DNA of 64,000 nt from Lama guanicoe (taxonomy: Eukaryota). Where the stretch lies: positions 824,112 to 888,111 of the forward strand of contig MU053792.1 in the NCBI GenBank assembly GCA_013239625.1, read 5' to 3'. The translations under genes and the position numbers were made by a program. Positions 39,240-54,200 of this stretch are shown here, one piece after another (the stretch's first letter is position 1; every line of letters starts with the position of its first letter). The notes under the pieces were generated by a model, which saw nothing but the letters and a program-made list of their open reading frames with translations, ran no database searches and had not been told where the DNA came from.

Positions 39240-42200
39240 TATTAAAGTACAGATGATTAGCAATATTATATTAGTTTCAGGTATACAACATAGTGAATCA
39301 ATATTTTTACAGATTATGCTTCATTTAGAAATATTATAAAATATTGACTATATTCCCTGTGCTGTACAGCATATCCTTGTATCTTATTTATTTTGTACAT
39401 AGTAGTTCGTACTTCTTAATTCCCTAACCTACTTTGTCCCTCCAACCTTCCCTCTTCATGCTAGTAATCACTACTCTGTTCCCCATATCTAGGAGTCTGT
39501 TTTTGTTTTGTTACAATTATTACTTTGCTTTTTTTTTTAGATTCCACATGTAAGTGATAAGATACAGTATGTGTCTTTCTTTAATTTATTTCACTAAGCA
39601 TAATATCCTCCAAGTCCATCCATGTGGTTGCAAATGGCAAAAGTTCATTCTTTTTTATGACTGAATAGTATTATATATATATATATATAAATATACACAC
39701 ATATATATATCACATCTTCTTTATCTGTTCATCTGTCGATGGACACTTCTGTTACTCCGTATCTTGGCTATTGTAAATAACGCTGCTGTGAACACTGGAG
39801 TGCATGTATCTTTTTGAATTAGTGTTTTCATTTTCTTTAGAGGTACATCCAGGAGAGTCAAATTCCTAAATCTATTTTTTAGTTTTTTGGAAAGCTTCAT
39901 ACTGTTTTCCACAACGGCTCTACCAGTTTTTACATTCCCACCAAGAGTGTACAGTACTGTTTTCTCCATATCTTGCCAGCATTTGTTATTTGTGGTCTTG
40001 TTGACAATGACATTCTGTGTGGTGCTAACTCATTGTGGTTTTGATTCGTGTTTCTCTAATAATTAGTGATGTCAAGCATCTTTTCAAATGCCTGTTAGCT
40101 ATCTCTGTCTTTTTTGGGAAAATATCTATTCAGATCTTCTGCCTGTTTTTTAATCAGGTTTGTTTATTTGTTATTGAATTGTGTGGGCTATTTATATATT
40201 TTGGATATTAGCCCCTTAATGGTAATATTGTTGTAAGTAATTTCTCTCATTAATTAGATTGTCTTCCCTTGCGTCAATGGTTTCCTTTACCATGCAAATG
40301 CTTTTAAGTTTCATTAGGCCCCATTTGTATATCTTTGCTTTTGTTTCCTTTGCCTGAGGAGAATAGGAGCAGATGATAATTGCTGTAACTTATGCCATTT
40401 CTGCATATGTTTTCTTCTGGGACGTCTATGGTTTCCAGTCTTACATTTAGATCTTTAATCCATTTTGACTTTATTTTTGTATATAACAAAATGTTCTAAT
40501 TTCATTCTTTTACATGTAGCTGCCCAGTTTTCCCAGCACCACTTATTGAAGAGACCGTTCTTTCTCCATTATATATTCTTGCCTCTTAATTGTAGATTAA
40601 TTGACAATAGGTGCATGGGTTTATTTCTGGGCTCTGTATTCTGTTCTGTTGATTTGTGTATCTGTTTTTTGTGCCAATACCATACTATTTTGATTACTTT
40701 GTAGCTTTGTAGTGTAGTCTTAAGTCAGGGAGCCTGATACCTACAGCTTTGCTCTTTTTTCTCAATATTGCTTTAACAATTCAGGATCTATTCTTATTCC
40801 ATATAAAATTTTAGATTACTTGTTCTAGTTCTGTGAAAAATGTCATTGTATTTTGATAGGGATTGCATTAAATCTGTACATTGTTTGGGTAGTATTAAAA
40901 TATTAATCTTAAAATATTAATTAAAATCTTAAAAATATTAATTCTTAAAAATATTAATTCTTCCAATCCATGAACACAGGCTGTCTTTCAAGTCTTTGTA
41001 TCAGCTTCAAATTCCCTTCATCAGTGTCTTATAGTTTTCAGCATACAGGTCTTCGACCTCCCTGATGCAATTTTAAAAGGGATTGTTTTCTTGCTTTTTC
41101 TTTCTGATAGTTAATTTTTTTGTGTCTAGAATAACAACAGATTTCTGCACACAAAGCTCATATCCTGCAACTTTATTAACTTTACTAATTCTAATAGTTT
41201 TTGATGGAAACTTTAGGGTTTTCAATATATAATAACATCTCATCTGCAGATGGTGACAATTTTACTTCTTCTCCTCCAACATAGATGCCTTTTATTTCTT
41301 TTTCTTGTCTGATTTCTTTGGATAAGACTCCCAGTACTACGTTAAATAGAAGTAGCAGGAGGGCATCTTTGTCCTATTCCTGATTTTAGAGGTAAAGGTT
41401 TCAGCCTTTTACCACTGAATATGATGTGACCAGTGGGTTTGTTATAACAGTAAACCAACTCTACAAGAAGTGTTAGAATGGAAAAGAAAAGGCTATAACA
41501 AGAATTAAAAATTTATAAAATAGGACAAATCTCAGTAGAAAAGGTAGTGCTGTATCAAGAAGGGTCAGAGCAGGCACTGGGTACAGGCCAGTGTGCACAC
41601 TGTGACAGCCCTGGTCCACCAGCGGAGTCCCAGGCCATTCCCAAGCTGCCTCCCCAACTCGCACCAGTGATGGCCATCCTTGCCCTGTTCAGATACAGGG
41701 CTGGGTCACAGCCTGCTGCATCCCCACTCCAACTGCACACCCTCCTCAGCACCCTGCCTTCATCCTACTGAGAGCTGCACCAGAGCAAGGGGATCCAGAG
41801 CAGGCAATGGGCACAGCAGGGGCTGTGTGCTGGGGTGGTTGCAGGAAACTGTCCAGAGCCCCAGGAAGTTTTCCATCTGCTTCCTTCAGGAGTAAGCAAG
41901 CATGTGTTCACCTTCAAAAGTGGAGTCTCAGTTTCTTACAGCCTCCTGTTAAGTCCCATTGGTTTTCAACCCACCTAAGAGGATTCATCTTCCCAGTGTT
42001 GGAAATGTGGTCACACCCCTCACTCTCCAGGGAGGACATCCAGCCCCACATTGTCCCCCTCCTCTTCTGTGTCTCCTGCTAGGGATGCAGTCCAGACTGA
42101 TTGCTTGTCCTCCCTTCCCACCCATCTCTGTGTGGATCTTCCTAACAGTCTTGGTTGTGGAAGAGCCTCACTACCAGTCTCCAGTTTGCTCATAGCCTGA

Positions 42201-42285
42201 GTTGCTCCACATGGAGATGTATTTTCGATGTGTTATGGAGGAAGTGAACTCAGTATCTTCCTTCTCTGCAATCTTTATCTCCCTT
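39240..42285 (-). mobile_element. Rearranged LINE-1: 5'UTR, inverted ORF1 end, ORF2 3' half and 3'UTR
   Basis: Minus-strand 3'UTR and ORF2 from 39240 to ~41444 (ORFs with CTPVFTAALFTIAK and [15 protein letters not shown]); + strand ORF1-end piece ~41446-41546; minus-strand 5'UTR 41547-42285 (rc starts gggagataaagattgcagagaagg). Confidence 0.8.
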
Positions 42286-45234
42286 TAAAAAAATGTTTTT
42301 GAAAAAAAGTTAATCCTTTCTCAGAGGATGGTGAAATTAACACAATGAAGATAAAGGATGTGTTAGTAAATTTCTAGAAGGATGGGCACACTTTATGTTG
42401 TGGTGACATGCTATCAATAATTACTTTATTTGCATTTTAATTTGTATCAATTTTCAAAAGCATTATGGAAATAGCTCACCCAATTATCTCTCAAAATATG
42501 TTAATGGACAACTGTGGTTAGAAAAGCACTTTATCTTCTGTGCATGTTTTCTGAATTATTTTTAGGCCACGAACTATTTAGTTCTCATAAATGTATTGCT
42601 GGTTAAAATAGCAGTTAGCCATATATTCATGCAAACATCTCAATATATGTGTTTCACGACAAGTATGTGAAAATATGGTTTACAGTATAATGACTTTTCT
42701 ACCCTTAATTATACCATAGGAAAAAAATGGAAGAATTTATGTAAATACCACCTACTGAGCTACTTAAGGCAACAGAAATATAATGAAACTACAAAGTTAG
42801 ATTTACTGTATTGTTTATATCATGCTCCAATAAAACAAATTACATTTCGGCTCTCTAAATCCAATGGGCGATTTGGTTCACTCATCTGTAGAAAAAAAAA
42901 GAAAGAAAAACTCCAAAAAGAAACTTAAAACTAAAAGTATTTTTTGACTACTTTTTTGAATTTGTGATCAATTATTGACAGAAAGAGTTTCAGTTTTTAC
43001 TTAAAATAATATACCATTTTGGATGCCAGCATTATTCTTCTCACAATACATCAGTTGTTTTATGGGACAACTCAAAGTAGCTTAATGTAGCTGGGAACAA
43101 ATGAATTGTTTTATATCAAAATAAGTGCTTAAGAGTAGGAACATTTTTATATATTATTTTATTTTCAAGTGTATTCGTTGATTTTAAATTCTAAACTTGA
43201 TTGCTTGCAAAAAGTCCCTAATGATTTTATCTAAAGCCTTACCAATTGAACATTTAAGTGCCAGACTTTGATATATATGTTTAACCCAGTAGCAAAAAAA
43301 GTAACAATAAACTTGATTTTAACTGTCTTTCTGGCATCAAAGATTATTCGAACAAAACACCACTTAAGGCTACTAGTTGCTCACATATTTTTACTCCACC
43401 ATGGAAGACTCAAGTGTCATGCAGCTAGATTTCCGTGTTTCTATAGTGCGAAACCCTCCTTTTATGAACACCTGACTTACCCCCTGGAACACTGTCATTA
43501 CACTGCACAGTGGGATGGCATGTATTTCTTCTGCCTCTTCCTTCGATCAATCGACATATATCCTCAAAATTACTTCCAAACAAAGATGAATGTTTTCACT
43601 TTTTGAGAGATGGGTAAGAAACCTTCAGTTGTTTATTTTTTTAAAAGTAAGTGGAGGAACTTAATGCCTGCAACTGTTCTGTTTATTTTGAATAAAAAGC
43701 ACTGGACTGAGATGATCTTGAAAAGCCCTGCTCTTTCTAAAAGTCAGTAATGCTATTTTCCAATGAAGATTTCCTGGTAATTACATGTGATCTTGAAGCA
43801 ATATATAATTTTATGTGTAGGATATACCTTGAAAAGAGGCATAAAGCCTCAGTCAAGTGGCTTTCTCTATATTCATTCACTCTAGAAATATTTGCTGTGT
43901 CCACTTTATTTAGGTCAGACACTATGTTCTACTGAAGATAAATTGATGAGGAAAGCAGATATGTTTTCTGTTCTGGTTAGTAACTCCTACCTGGTTAACT
44001 AGGGCTTAAGTCAAAAGCATTTGCTAAAATCCTACTAAAATATATTCTTTCTATTTGAAATATGGTACATAGAAAATGATCAAGCATCTCAGGCATTTTG
44101 CTAGGAGTGCCAGTTCTTATTCAATAGATGATGATATAAAAGGCATTAGAAAGAGAACTGGGGCTATGTTGACCCTGGGACAGTTTATTTGGCCCTAGAA
44201 TGTGTTTAAAGAGTCTTAACCAAGTACTTATCAGGAGAAGATGACAAGGACTGCCCTTACAGTATGAACTAGATGTTTAACAAAAGAATGGCTCTACAGT
44301 TGGCTCACAGATATCCCACACTACCTCTTTGTTGCATCCTTCAAATTAGTTGATGCCCTTTGCAACAGTGTTCTCACTTTCACTGTATAAAAGGGAAATT
44401 CAATCTCCCATTAGACACAGTGTGAATCCCAAATAACTGGCAAGCCCGGCGACCTTGTTATACTGTTTGCAAATTAATCAGAAATGCCTAAAAGCCATGA
44501 TTGACCTCTCAGAGGTTTATTACATCACCCGAAGAAGCCAATAACACTATCTCAAAGCATGATCACTTAGAAAAAAGGAAAACTCCACACAGATAGAAAT
44601 GTGGCTATTTGCATGGAGGTGGTGAAACGTGGACATGGCCCCCAGTTAACTTACTCCTAATCCAAGGCTTCCTCCTTATCTAGCACCACCTGAGTGAGAC
44701 GTCAGAACTCAAGCAGGATTTTTGGCAAATGATCAAATATGTGGCGACAGATAAAACCTGCTTATTAGGAATCTGTATTTACAAATTTTCAGAATTCTCT
44801 AACGTAAAGGAACTCTACCCAGTTCACTTCGCTTCCAAAAACATCTCTGATGCTGAATAAAGCATCAAAAAGAGCCGAAGTCTTAAATGGTCTGCTTCCT
44901 TATGCTACAACTGATTACATCATTATTTAGATGGAAATGAGCATTTTAGTTACTGGCTAATGGCCATAAGGTCATTTATTCACACTAAAACAAAACAAAA
45001 ACCCCCACAAAAACAAAAGAGTAAGGGACAAAAGAGACAAAACACAGAACAAAAAGAAGAGGAAAGCTGGCTTCAGTTACAGGGAGTAGCCACTGAAGAA
45101 GAGAGCTGATAAGCAGAGATAACAGCTGCGATGATTTGAATCATCTATAGGAATTAAGCAGCATACATTCTGACAGTAAGAATGAGTCAACAGCTGTAGA
45201 CTGGACAATCCCATACTTAATTATAATAATATAT

Positions 45235-45660
45235 AATATATTAATTCAACAGCTATGTGCCAGACAGCATTCCAGGCACTGCAGGGCTGGACGAAGATGA
45301 GCAAAACATGGTCCCTATTCTGAGAATGCTTACACTCAAGCTGGGAACTCAGAAACATGAATAAACAATTACAGGGCAATTTGATGGGCTCAGAAACAGA
45401 GCTATTGCGAAGCATATCAGGAACCTAAAAGATGCGGTGACTGAATATAACCAAGACAGTCAGAAATGCTTTGCAGAGAAATAGACATTTAAATTGATAC
45501 TGCCTCGTATTTTCCAGACAGAAACAATTGCAAAGACAAAGAGGTCTGAAAAAGTTCGGAAGGTGGATACTAGTTCCATGGGATAAAAATTGAGGGGGCA
45601 AAGGTAGGAATTAGAGGAGCATGGCAGTTCAACATGAAGCTGTAAAGATTGGAAGTAGCA
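45235..45660 (-). mobile_element. LINE-2 fragment
   Basis: ctatgtgccagacagcatt...gatgagcaaaacatggtccctattct...gcttacactc. Confidence 0.6.
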
Positions 45661-47738
45661 AGAAAACTGATTCCTAGTGCTGCGTTATTTTAGCTGTCTT
45701 TGCTGTTGAAATATTATCTCCATCAGAGCAGGGTCTGTGTTTTGATTTACCAATATGTTTCAGTGATATGAACAGAGATCAAAAAAAATCATTGTTAGAT
45801 AAATGAAAATCTGAATGAGCTTCACTTGAAGACAGAGGCAAGAAGTATCCCCTTCTTTGTGTTTAACGGAAGAGCACTCAGTAACATTTGAAGTTTCCAA
45901 AGGTACGCTCTCAATTACCTGAGAAGCTTTCTCGTCCAGTGTATCTCACCCACCAAAAGTGATGGGAACTCTGGGTTTTCCAGAGTTTGTTGTATAAGCT
46001 GAAAAGAAGCACCGGAGTTTCATTTCTACATATGAAAGTAACCCATGAGTAAGATGCAATGGAAGAAATCAGGCGCTCAAAGAAATCGTATTAGCAATTT
46101 CCCACACTGCGGGACCCGCCAGAGCTTGCGGCCTTTGCTTCATTATAAACTGTTTTGCATACTGAGATTAACTTAGTCGGGAGCTGCAACAAAGTAAGAA
46201 AAACTTGAAAGACATAAGGTTATGACAAAAAACAAAAAGGTGACTTTTACTCCTTTAGTCTTATTTTTTTAGCCAATTGACTCAAATGTGCAAGTCTCAT
46301 TAGGATGCACTGGGTCTGTTGTTTTCGTAGAAAAGGGAAGCACTTTTACAGATCTTGGTCAGATTCGTACACACACAATTGGTGGGAGTTAGAAAGGGAT
46401 CTTTAGTTGTTTCTTAGCCACTGTTGCCATGGCTGTAGCTATTCTTCATTTTCTTCTGAAGTTAAAAAATAAATGAATTGAAAAGTAAAGAATACGTCTT
46501 TTTGTAAAAGAAAAATATAGTTGTCTTTGTCTTGAAAGAGTTGCGAGTTGTAGGATTAAACTGTATTCGACTGAACTTGTTTTAGTTGATGCTGCAAGAA
46601 CACTTATTAGAAGAGTTTGCATTATTGCTGTGCTCACAAACATTCAAAAGCTCAGCTTCTCTGAAAAAGATAAAGGAAAACCTACTTGATAATTTTAGAC
46701 ATAAAATAAAATCGTTTTACCAGCCTTAAATAGAAAGCAATGGTTATAGAAGTATCTGCTATGGTTTAGGGAAAGGCACATGATACTTCTTTTTAAGTAG
46801 AAAAGAGAAGATAACTCAATAATTTATTTCAGTAGAATTTTTGCATCTACTCTTCAGATGTATAAAAGGCAGTGAGATTAACGAAAAATATGCAAAGCAT
46901 TCAACAATACATTTGAGGACACTTTTCTGAATTTGTAAATGTAACAAAATTCACTACTCTTTATAAATTCTAGAGCATTTTAATAGTTCAGTAATAATGT
47001 TTGCTACCTGCCAGCCAGTAAAGTGATGAATCTTTTTGATCACTTTGATTCAGTCAGAAAAGTAAAGAACAAATTCACTCCTAATCTTTCCCCTAAGATT
47101 AAGCATATAATCAGTCAATATTTCCTTACTGATTTTCTGGGTTTTCTCTGAGCCCATATACAGCCAATGCTAAGCTTAAGATCAGATAGTGGCAGGAAAT
47201 TAAAATGGTCTTGTTTTTACACACACAAAAAAAGAAAGAAATTTCACATAATCACTGGCAAATAGAAGAAAGATCAAGATTGGACATAGGTAATTTACTT
47301 TCTATTTTATAAGGTTTTTTTTCAACATCACATACTAAATGATTGTTGCATTATTCCAAAGTCTAGGCTTAAATAGTCTCTATTCTTACCTTATGTCTTT
47401 CCCTTTAAAACCATAGAATGTATACTAGAAATATACATATATTTGAATTCTATTTTTATAATTAATTTGTGTTTATTTTTGCTGATTGTTATAACAATGT
47501 AAACTTAAAAGTCAAATATTCTTTGTATTATAATAATATATTAATGCAAATATCTTGCAGCTAACAGAAGAGAAAAACATTTTTTCTTATCTCTGCCCAC
47601 CCCACCCTATCATTTTGCTTTCTTATACATGTAAACAACACTCATCCGTTTTACCAAACATGGGATATTCAACAAACATTTATCTAATACCTACTAATTT
47701 CCAAGCACTGTATATAAAGTTAAATCAATTTCAGGCCA

Positions 47739-49056
47739 GGGGCCAGGCCAAGATGGCAGAGTCGGAAGATCCTCAGCTCACCTCCTCCTGTGAACACACC
47801 AGAATTACAACTATGTATAGAGAAACTCTCTCTGAGCCCAACCTGAAGACTAACAGAAAGATGTGAAAGATTTCCACAACTAAAGATAAAAAGAAAAGGC
47901 CACACTGAGATGGACAGAAAGGGCGGAGATGTGCTCTGGCCAGAACCCACACTCCAGCACTGCGACTCATTGATGGGAGGGAAATTACAGCCCTGGAGGT
48001 CAGCCCTGGGGAGTGAGGGCTCCAAATGCCACACGGGGCTCCCTAACCTGGAAACCCTGCATTGGGAGCATAAGCCCCCGTGGTGTCTGACTCTGAAACC
48101 CAGCAGGGCTTGTGTCCACTCTCACAGGGGCACACGCAAAAACTTACTCTCTCCACGTCCCAGCACAGAGGCAGTAGTTTGAAAAACGCCTGGGTCATAC
48201 ATGAAGGACATTCATTGACTGTTTTTAGGGCATATACCTGAGAAGCAGGGACCTGTTGGAACTTTCTCTGGGTACAGAAGAACGGATGAGTACCAGTTCT
48301 GGAGGGGAGTAGGCGGTTGGGGTTTTTTGTGGCTCACCCTCTACCTTGCTAACCCAGAACTGTAAGGTGCCATTTCTGACTCCCCATCTAGGGAGTACCA
48401 CTTGCCTCGCCTTGGGTTCACCTACAGACCAGATTCAGCCAGCAATCTTCCAGAGTATACTTGCTGGGGTCCTTCAGAAGGCACCAGAGCCCCTCTAAAG
48501 TGGCCTGCCACCCCACTATTCCCATCAGGCACCCATGGATGGCACTGCTGTCCCCCCAGAGTGGCTCCACCTAAGGGACCAGACCTGCACACAAAAGCTT
48601 TTGTAACAGTTGCAACTGGGCCTTAGAGCCAGAACCACCAAAGACCAGCCCCACACATTAGCTCTCCCACAGTAAACACAGCCCAGCCACAAAACAAGGG
48701 CACACAAAGCCAACCCCGAGGACACTCCTGGAAGATCTGGCTTTAGTAACCAAGGAGACCAGGGCAGCCATGCCACTTGGCCCCAAAAGGTATCTTCTAC
48801 ACAAGGCCACTCTTTCAAGACAGGGAGATGTAGCTGATCTACCTAAATATGTAGCAACAAACAGAGAGTCAGGCAAAATGAAGAGACAGATGAATGTGTC
48901 CCAAAGGAAAGCACAAGATAAAACCTCAAAAAAAAAAAAAACCTAAACAAAATGAAGACAAGCAATCTTTTAGGTAAGAATTCAAAATTCAAACTAATAA
49001 TCATAAAGATGCTCACTGAACTTAGGAGAATAATGAAGGAACACAGTGAGAACTCT
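47739..49056 (+). mobile_element. LINE-1 element A: 5'UTR plus ORF1 N-terminus
   Basis: caagatggcagag start (47749), GC-rich UTR, ORF1 start atgaagagacag at 48878; breaks off at gaacacagtgagaact. Confidence 0.82.
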
Positions 49057-49629
49057 TTTTTACAAAACAAACTATTTACAAAGCAATTATTGATGAGAAG
49101 ACTAGCAGAAAAGATCTTCTACAACTAAAGATACAAGGAAGGAACCACATGGGACAGATAGGAGTGGCAGAGGCACGATGTACTCAAGTCCCATCCTCCG
49201 GGGGGACCCACAACAGGAGGGTAATTATAGTTGCAGAGTTCTCTCCACGGAGTGAGAGGTCTGAGCCCCACATCAGACTCTCCAGCCTGTGGGTCCTGCA
49301 CCAGGAAAATGAACCCTCAGATGTTTGGCTTTAAAGCTGGGTTTACTTTCAGGAGAGCCAGAGGGCTGTAGGAAATTGATACCACTCTTAAAGGGTACAC
49401 ACAAAACCTCACATTCTGCAGGACCCAGGGCAGTGACTTGAAAGGAGCCTGAATTAGATCCACCTGCTGAACTTGGAGAGTCCCCTGGAGAGGCAGGAGG
49501 GAACTGGAGCTCACCCTGGGGACGTAGACCTTGGTGGCAGCAATTTGGGAGAGCTCCTTCTACCCCATGGACACTGGTGCTGGCAGATGCCATTCTGGAA
49601 TCTTCCTTTAGCTTATTAGTGCTGGGACC

Positions 49630-50690
49630 TGGCTCTGCCCACCAGCCTGTTGGCCCCAGTACTGGGATGCTTCAGTCAAAGCAGCTGGTAAAGCAAGGAC
49701 ACAGCCCAGCACATCAGCATGCAGGCTGCCATAGGCTCCACTGGACTCCCAGCCACCTTGGAACCTGGCCTCACTCACCAGAGAGCCCAGGACCCAGCCC
49801 CACCAACCAGTGTGCTGGCACTAACCCCAGGATCCCCAGAGCCCAGAAGCCTAGGACTTAACTCCACCCACTAGTGGGCTGACACTAGCCCTGGGACCAG
49901 CCTAACCCACCAGCTGGCAGGCACCAGCCCCAAGATCCCCTGGGGCCTGACTCTGACCGCCAGCAGGCTGAAACCAACTCCAGGAAACCCAGGGCCCTGC
50001 AGCCAGAGACTCCAGGATTCCACAGGACTCTGCTCTGCCTATCAGCAGTCTGCTATAGCCCCAGGACCATCTGGGCCAGACACCACCCTTCAAGGAACAA
50101 ACACCAGCTCTGGGACCCCTGGATCCCTAAGCCAGAGACCCCAGGACACAATCACAAGCAGGTCAACACCAGCTTTGGGACACCATGCATGCCACAGTGA
50201 GTTGTGTCAGAAAATGGTCCTGTCCACCAGTGGGTGGACACCCGCTCTGGGATCCCCAGGGGCCTACAGCTAGAGACCCCAGACACAGGCTCCATTAACG
50301 AGCATGCCTGCACTAGCTCTGGGAGTCTCTGGGCCCCAGTTCTGCCAAGCATCAGGCCAGCACCAGCTTTGAGATGCCTTGGGCTCCTCAACCACCCACT
50401 ATGGGATCCAGCTCCACTCACCATGCGCCAGCACCAGCTTTGGGAAATCCCAGGTCCCGCAGCCATCTGTTTCAGGAACTGGCCCTTCCCACCAATAGGC
50501 CAAAACTAGATCCAGGACACTCGGCCCCACAACCACCCACCCTAACACCTGAATCCACCCACCAGTGAGCCAGTACTAGTCCTGAGACAGCCCCCACCCT
50601 GGTCTCTGGAGCCAGCCACCTCATGATCAGGCCCCACCCACCAGCAATTGGCAGCCTCTGAACAAGGACAGGGCCTGACAACCAGCTGAA
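49630..50690 (+). repeat. Degenerate tandem monomer array in the 5'UTR of L1 B
   Basis: Recurring ccaccagtggg/ccaccagc...cactagccc...gggaccc...gcagccagagac units. Confidence 0.65.
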
Positions 50691-51264
50691 ATGAGTGCCA
50701 GCCATGGTTACCAAACCACCCACGGAACTTAAGACTACCACAACAGAAGGAGAAGCCGCTAGACATGAAGTTCTGGTGGCCAGAGGGAAGTGCACTGCTG
50801 GGACACATAAGATGTGTCCTACAGAAGGCCACTTCTCCAAGACGGGGAAAGATAATCAACCAACCAAATACAAAGATATAAAAATAGATAATTATGCAAA
50901 ATGAGGTGACAAAGGAATGTGTTCCTAATAAAGGAAAAACACAAAAACCAGAGAAGAAGAACCTAGTGAAGAGGAGATAAGCAATCTACCCAATAAAGAG
51001 TTTTAGGTAATAATCATAAAAATGCCCAAAGAAGTAAGGATGACAATGGATGAACACAGTAAGAGTTCTAACAAAGAGTTAGAAAATATAAAAACAAACT
51101 AACCTGAGTGAAGGATACAATAACTGAAATAAAAAATACACTAAAATGAATCATAATTTAATTATATAATACAGAAGAATGGATCAGGAAGACAGAGCAG
51201 TGGCCATTAATGAACTGAACAGAAAAAAAGAATTTTAACAAATAAACAGTTAAGAGACCTCTGG

Positions 51265-54200
51265 AATGGGGTGGAAAAACATATTGCTTGCAAATGGAAA
51301 CCAAATTTGGAGTATCAATACTCATATCAGACAAAATAGATCTTAAAAGTTACAAGAGATAAAGAAGGACACTACATACTTCTCAAGGGATCAATCCAAG
51401 AAGATGTAACAATTGTAAATATATATGTCCCCAACATAGGAGCACCTCAATATATAAGGCAATTGTTAACAGACGTAAAAGGAGAAATCAACAATAACAC
51501 AAAAATAGTGGGGGACCTTAACACCCCACTTACATCAATGGACAGATCATCTAAACAGAAAATCGATAAGGAAATGCAGGCCTTAAATGACATATTAGAC
51601 CAGATGAACTTAATTAGTATCTATAGAGTGTTCCATCCGAAAACAATAGAATACATATTCTTCTCAAGTGCCCACGAAACGTTCTCCAGAATTGATCGCA
51701 TGTTGGCCCACAAAGCAAGTCTCAATACATTTAAGAAAACTGAAATCATACCAAGCATCTTTTCTGTCCACAGTGCTGTGTTAGAAATCAACTACACAGG
51801 GAAAACTGAAAAACCTGCAAGCACGTAGAGGGGAAACAATATCCTGCTGAACAACCATAGATCACTGAAGAAATCAAAAAATATTTGAGACAAATGAAAA
51901 TGAAACTACAATAATCTGAAACCTCTGGGATGCAGCAAAAGCAATTCTAAGAGGGAAGTTCATAGTAATACAAGCCTACCTCAGGAAACAAGAAAAATCT
52001 CAAATAAACAACCTAACCCTATACCTAAAGCAGATGGAGAAAGAACAAACAAAACCCCAAGTAAGTAGTAGAAAAGAAATCATAAAGATCAGAGCAGAAA
52101 TAGGAATTTAAAAAACAGAAAATATCAGTGAAACTAAAAGCTGGTTCTTTGAAATGAAATAAACAAAACTGATAAAACTTTAATCAGACTCATCAAGAAA
52201 AGAAAGGAAGAGGGCACAAATTAATAAAAATAAGAAATGAAAAAGGAGAAGCTACAATTGACACCACAGAAATACAATGGATCATAAGAGACTACTATAA
52301 GCAAGTATACACCAACAAAAATGAAAACCTAGAGAAATGGGAAATTTCTTAGAAAGGTACAATTTGCCAAGATTGAATCAGGAAGAAATAGAATATATGA
52401 ATAGTCTGATTACCAGTACTGAAATTGAATCAGTAATTTTAAAACTTCCAGCAAACAAGTCCAGGACCAGGTTGCTCACAGGTGAATTCTACCAAACATT
52501 TAGAGAAGAGTTAACACCTATCCTTCTGAAACTATTCCCAAAAATTGTAGAGAAAGGAACACTTCTGAACTCATTCTATGAGGCCAACATCACCCTGATA
52601 CCAAAACCAGACTAAGATATCACAGAAGAAAAAAAAAAGAAAATTACAGTCTATTATCATTTATGAATATAGATGCAAAATTTTTCAATAAAATACTAGC
52701 CAATTTACTGCAACAATGCATTAAAAGGATCATACACCATGATGAAGTGAGATTTACCCCAGGGATGCAAGGATTTTTCAATATCCACAAATCAATCAAT
52801 TTGATACATCACATCAACAAATTGAAGAATAAAAACCATATGATCACCTAAATAGATGCAGAAAAAGATTTTAATAAAATTCAACGTTCATTTATGATTA
52901 AAAAAAAATTCCCCAGAAAGTGGGCATAGAGGGAACATAACTCAACATAACAAAAGCCCTATGTGACAAACCCACAGCTAGCATCATACTTAATGGTGAA
53001 AAGCTGAAAGCATTTCTTGTAAGATCAGAAACACAACAAGGACGCCTACTCTCACCATTTATTCAACATAGTTTTGGCAGTCCTAGCCATAGCAATCAGA
53101 GAAGAAAAATAAATAAAGGGAATCCAAATCATAAAAGAAGTAAATCTGTCACTGTTCATGAATGGCATATTATACATAGAAAACCCTAGAGAAGCAGCCA
53201 GAAAACTACTAGAGCTTATCAAAGAATTTGTTAAAGTTGCAGGATACAAAATTAATATACAGAAGTCAGTTGCATTTCTATACACTAGCAATGAATAGCA
53301 GAAAAATAAATTAAGGGAACAATTCCATTTACTATCATACCAAAAAGAATAAAATACATAGAAATAAACCTACCCAAGTAAGCAAAGGACCTGAACTCTG
53401 AAAACTGTAAGACACTGATAAAAGAAGTCGAAGACAATATAAACAGATGGAAAGATACACCATGTTCTTGAATTGGAAGAAGCAATATTATTAAAATGAC
53501 CATGCTACCGAAGGCGATTTACAGATTCAATGCAATCTTTATCAAATTATCAATGACATTTTTACAGAGCTGGAAAAAAATGTTAAAATTTGTATGGAAA
53601 CACAGAAGACCCCAAATAGCCAAAACAATCTTGAAGAAGGAGAACAGAGCTTGGGGAATCTTGCTTCCTGGCTTCAGACTGTACTGTAAAGCCACAGTAC
53701 TCAAAACTGTATGGTTCTGGCACAAAAACAGATACATAGATCAGTGGAACATGATAGAAAGTCTGGAAATAAACCCATGCATTTATGATCAATTAATCTA
53801 CAACAAAGGAGGCAAGAATATACATTGGAGAAAAGAATCTTTTCAACAAGTGCTGCTGGGAAAACTGGACAGCTACCTGTAAAAGGCTGAAATTAGAACA
53901 TTCTCTAACACCATATACAAAAATAAACTCAAAATGGATTAAAGACTTAAATGTAAGACAAGATACTATAAAACTCTTAGGAAAACTTAGGCATAACACT
54001 TTGACATAAATCACAGCAATATTTCTTTTGAACCAGCTCCTAGAGTAATGGAAATAAAAACAAAAAAAAACAAATGGGACCTAACTAAACTTAAAAGCTT
54101 TTGCACAGCTAAGGATACCATCAATAAAACAAAAAAACAATCTACAGAATGGGAGAAAATATTTGTAAATGATGCAACTGGTAGGGACTAATTTCCAAAA

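Noticed and set aside
40896..40962. aaaatattaat tandem units (similarly ataatttaaaaat x3 at 54602-54640)
   Set aside because: Ordinary slippage expansions inside L1 sequence.
49630..50690. CRISPR-like repeat array
   Set aside because: Degenerate monomers inside an L1 5'UTR with no constant repeat and unique spacer structure; eukaryotic locus with no cas genes.
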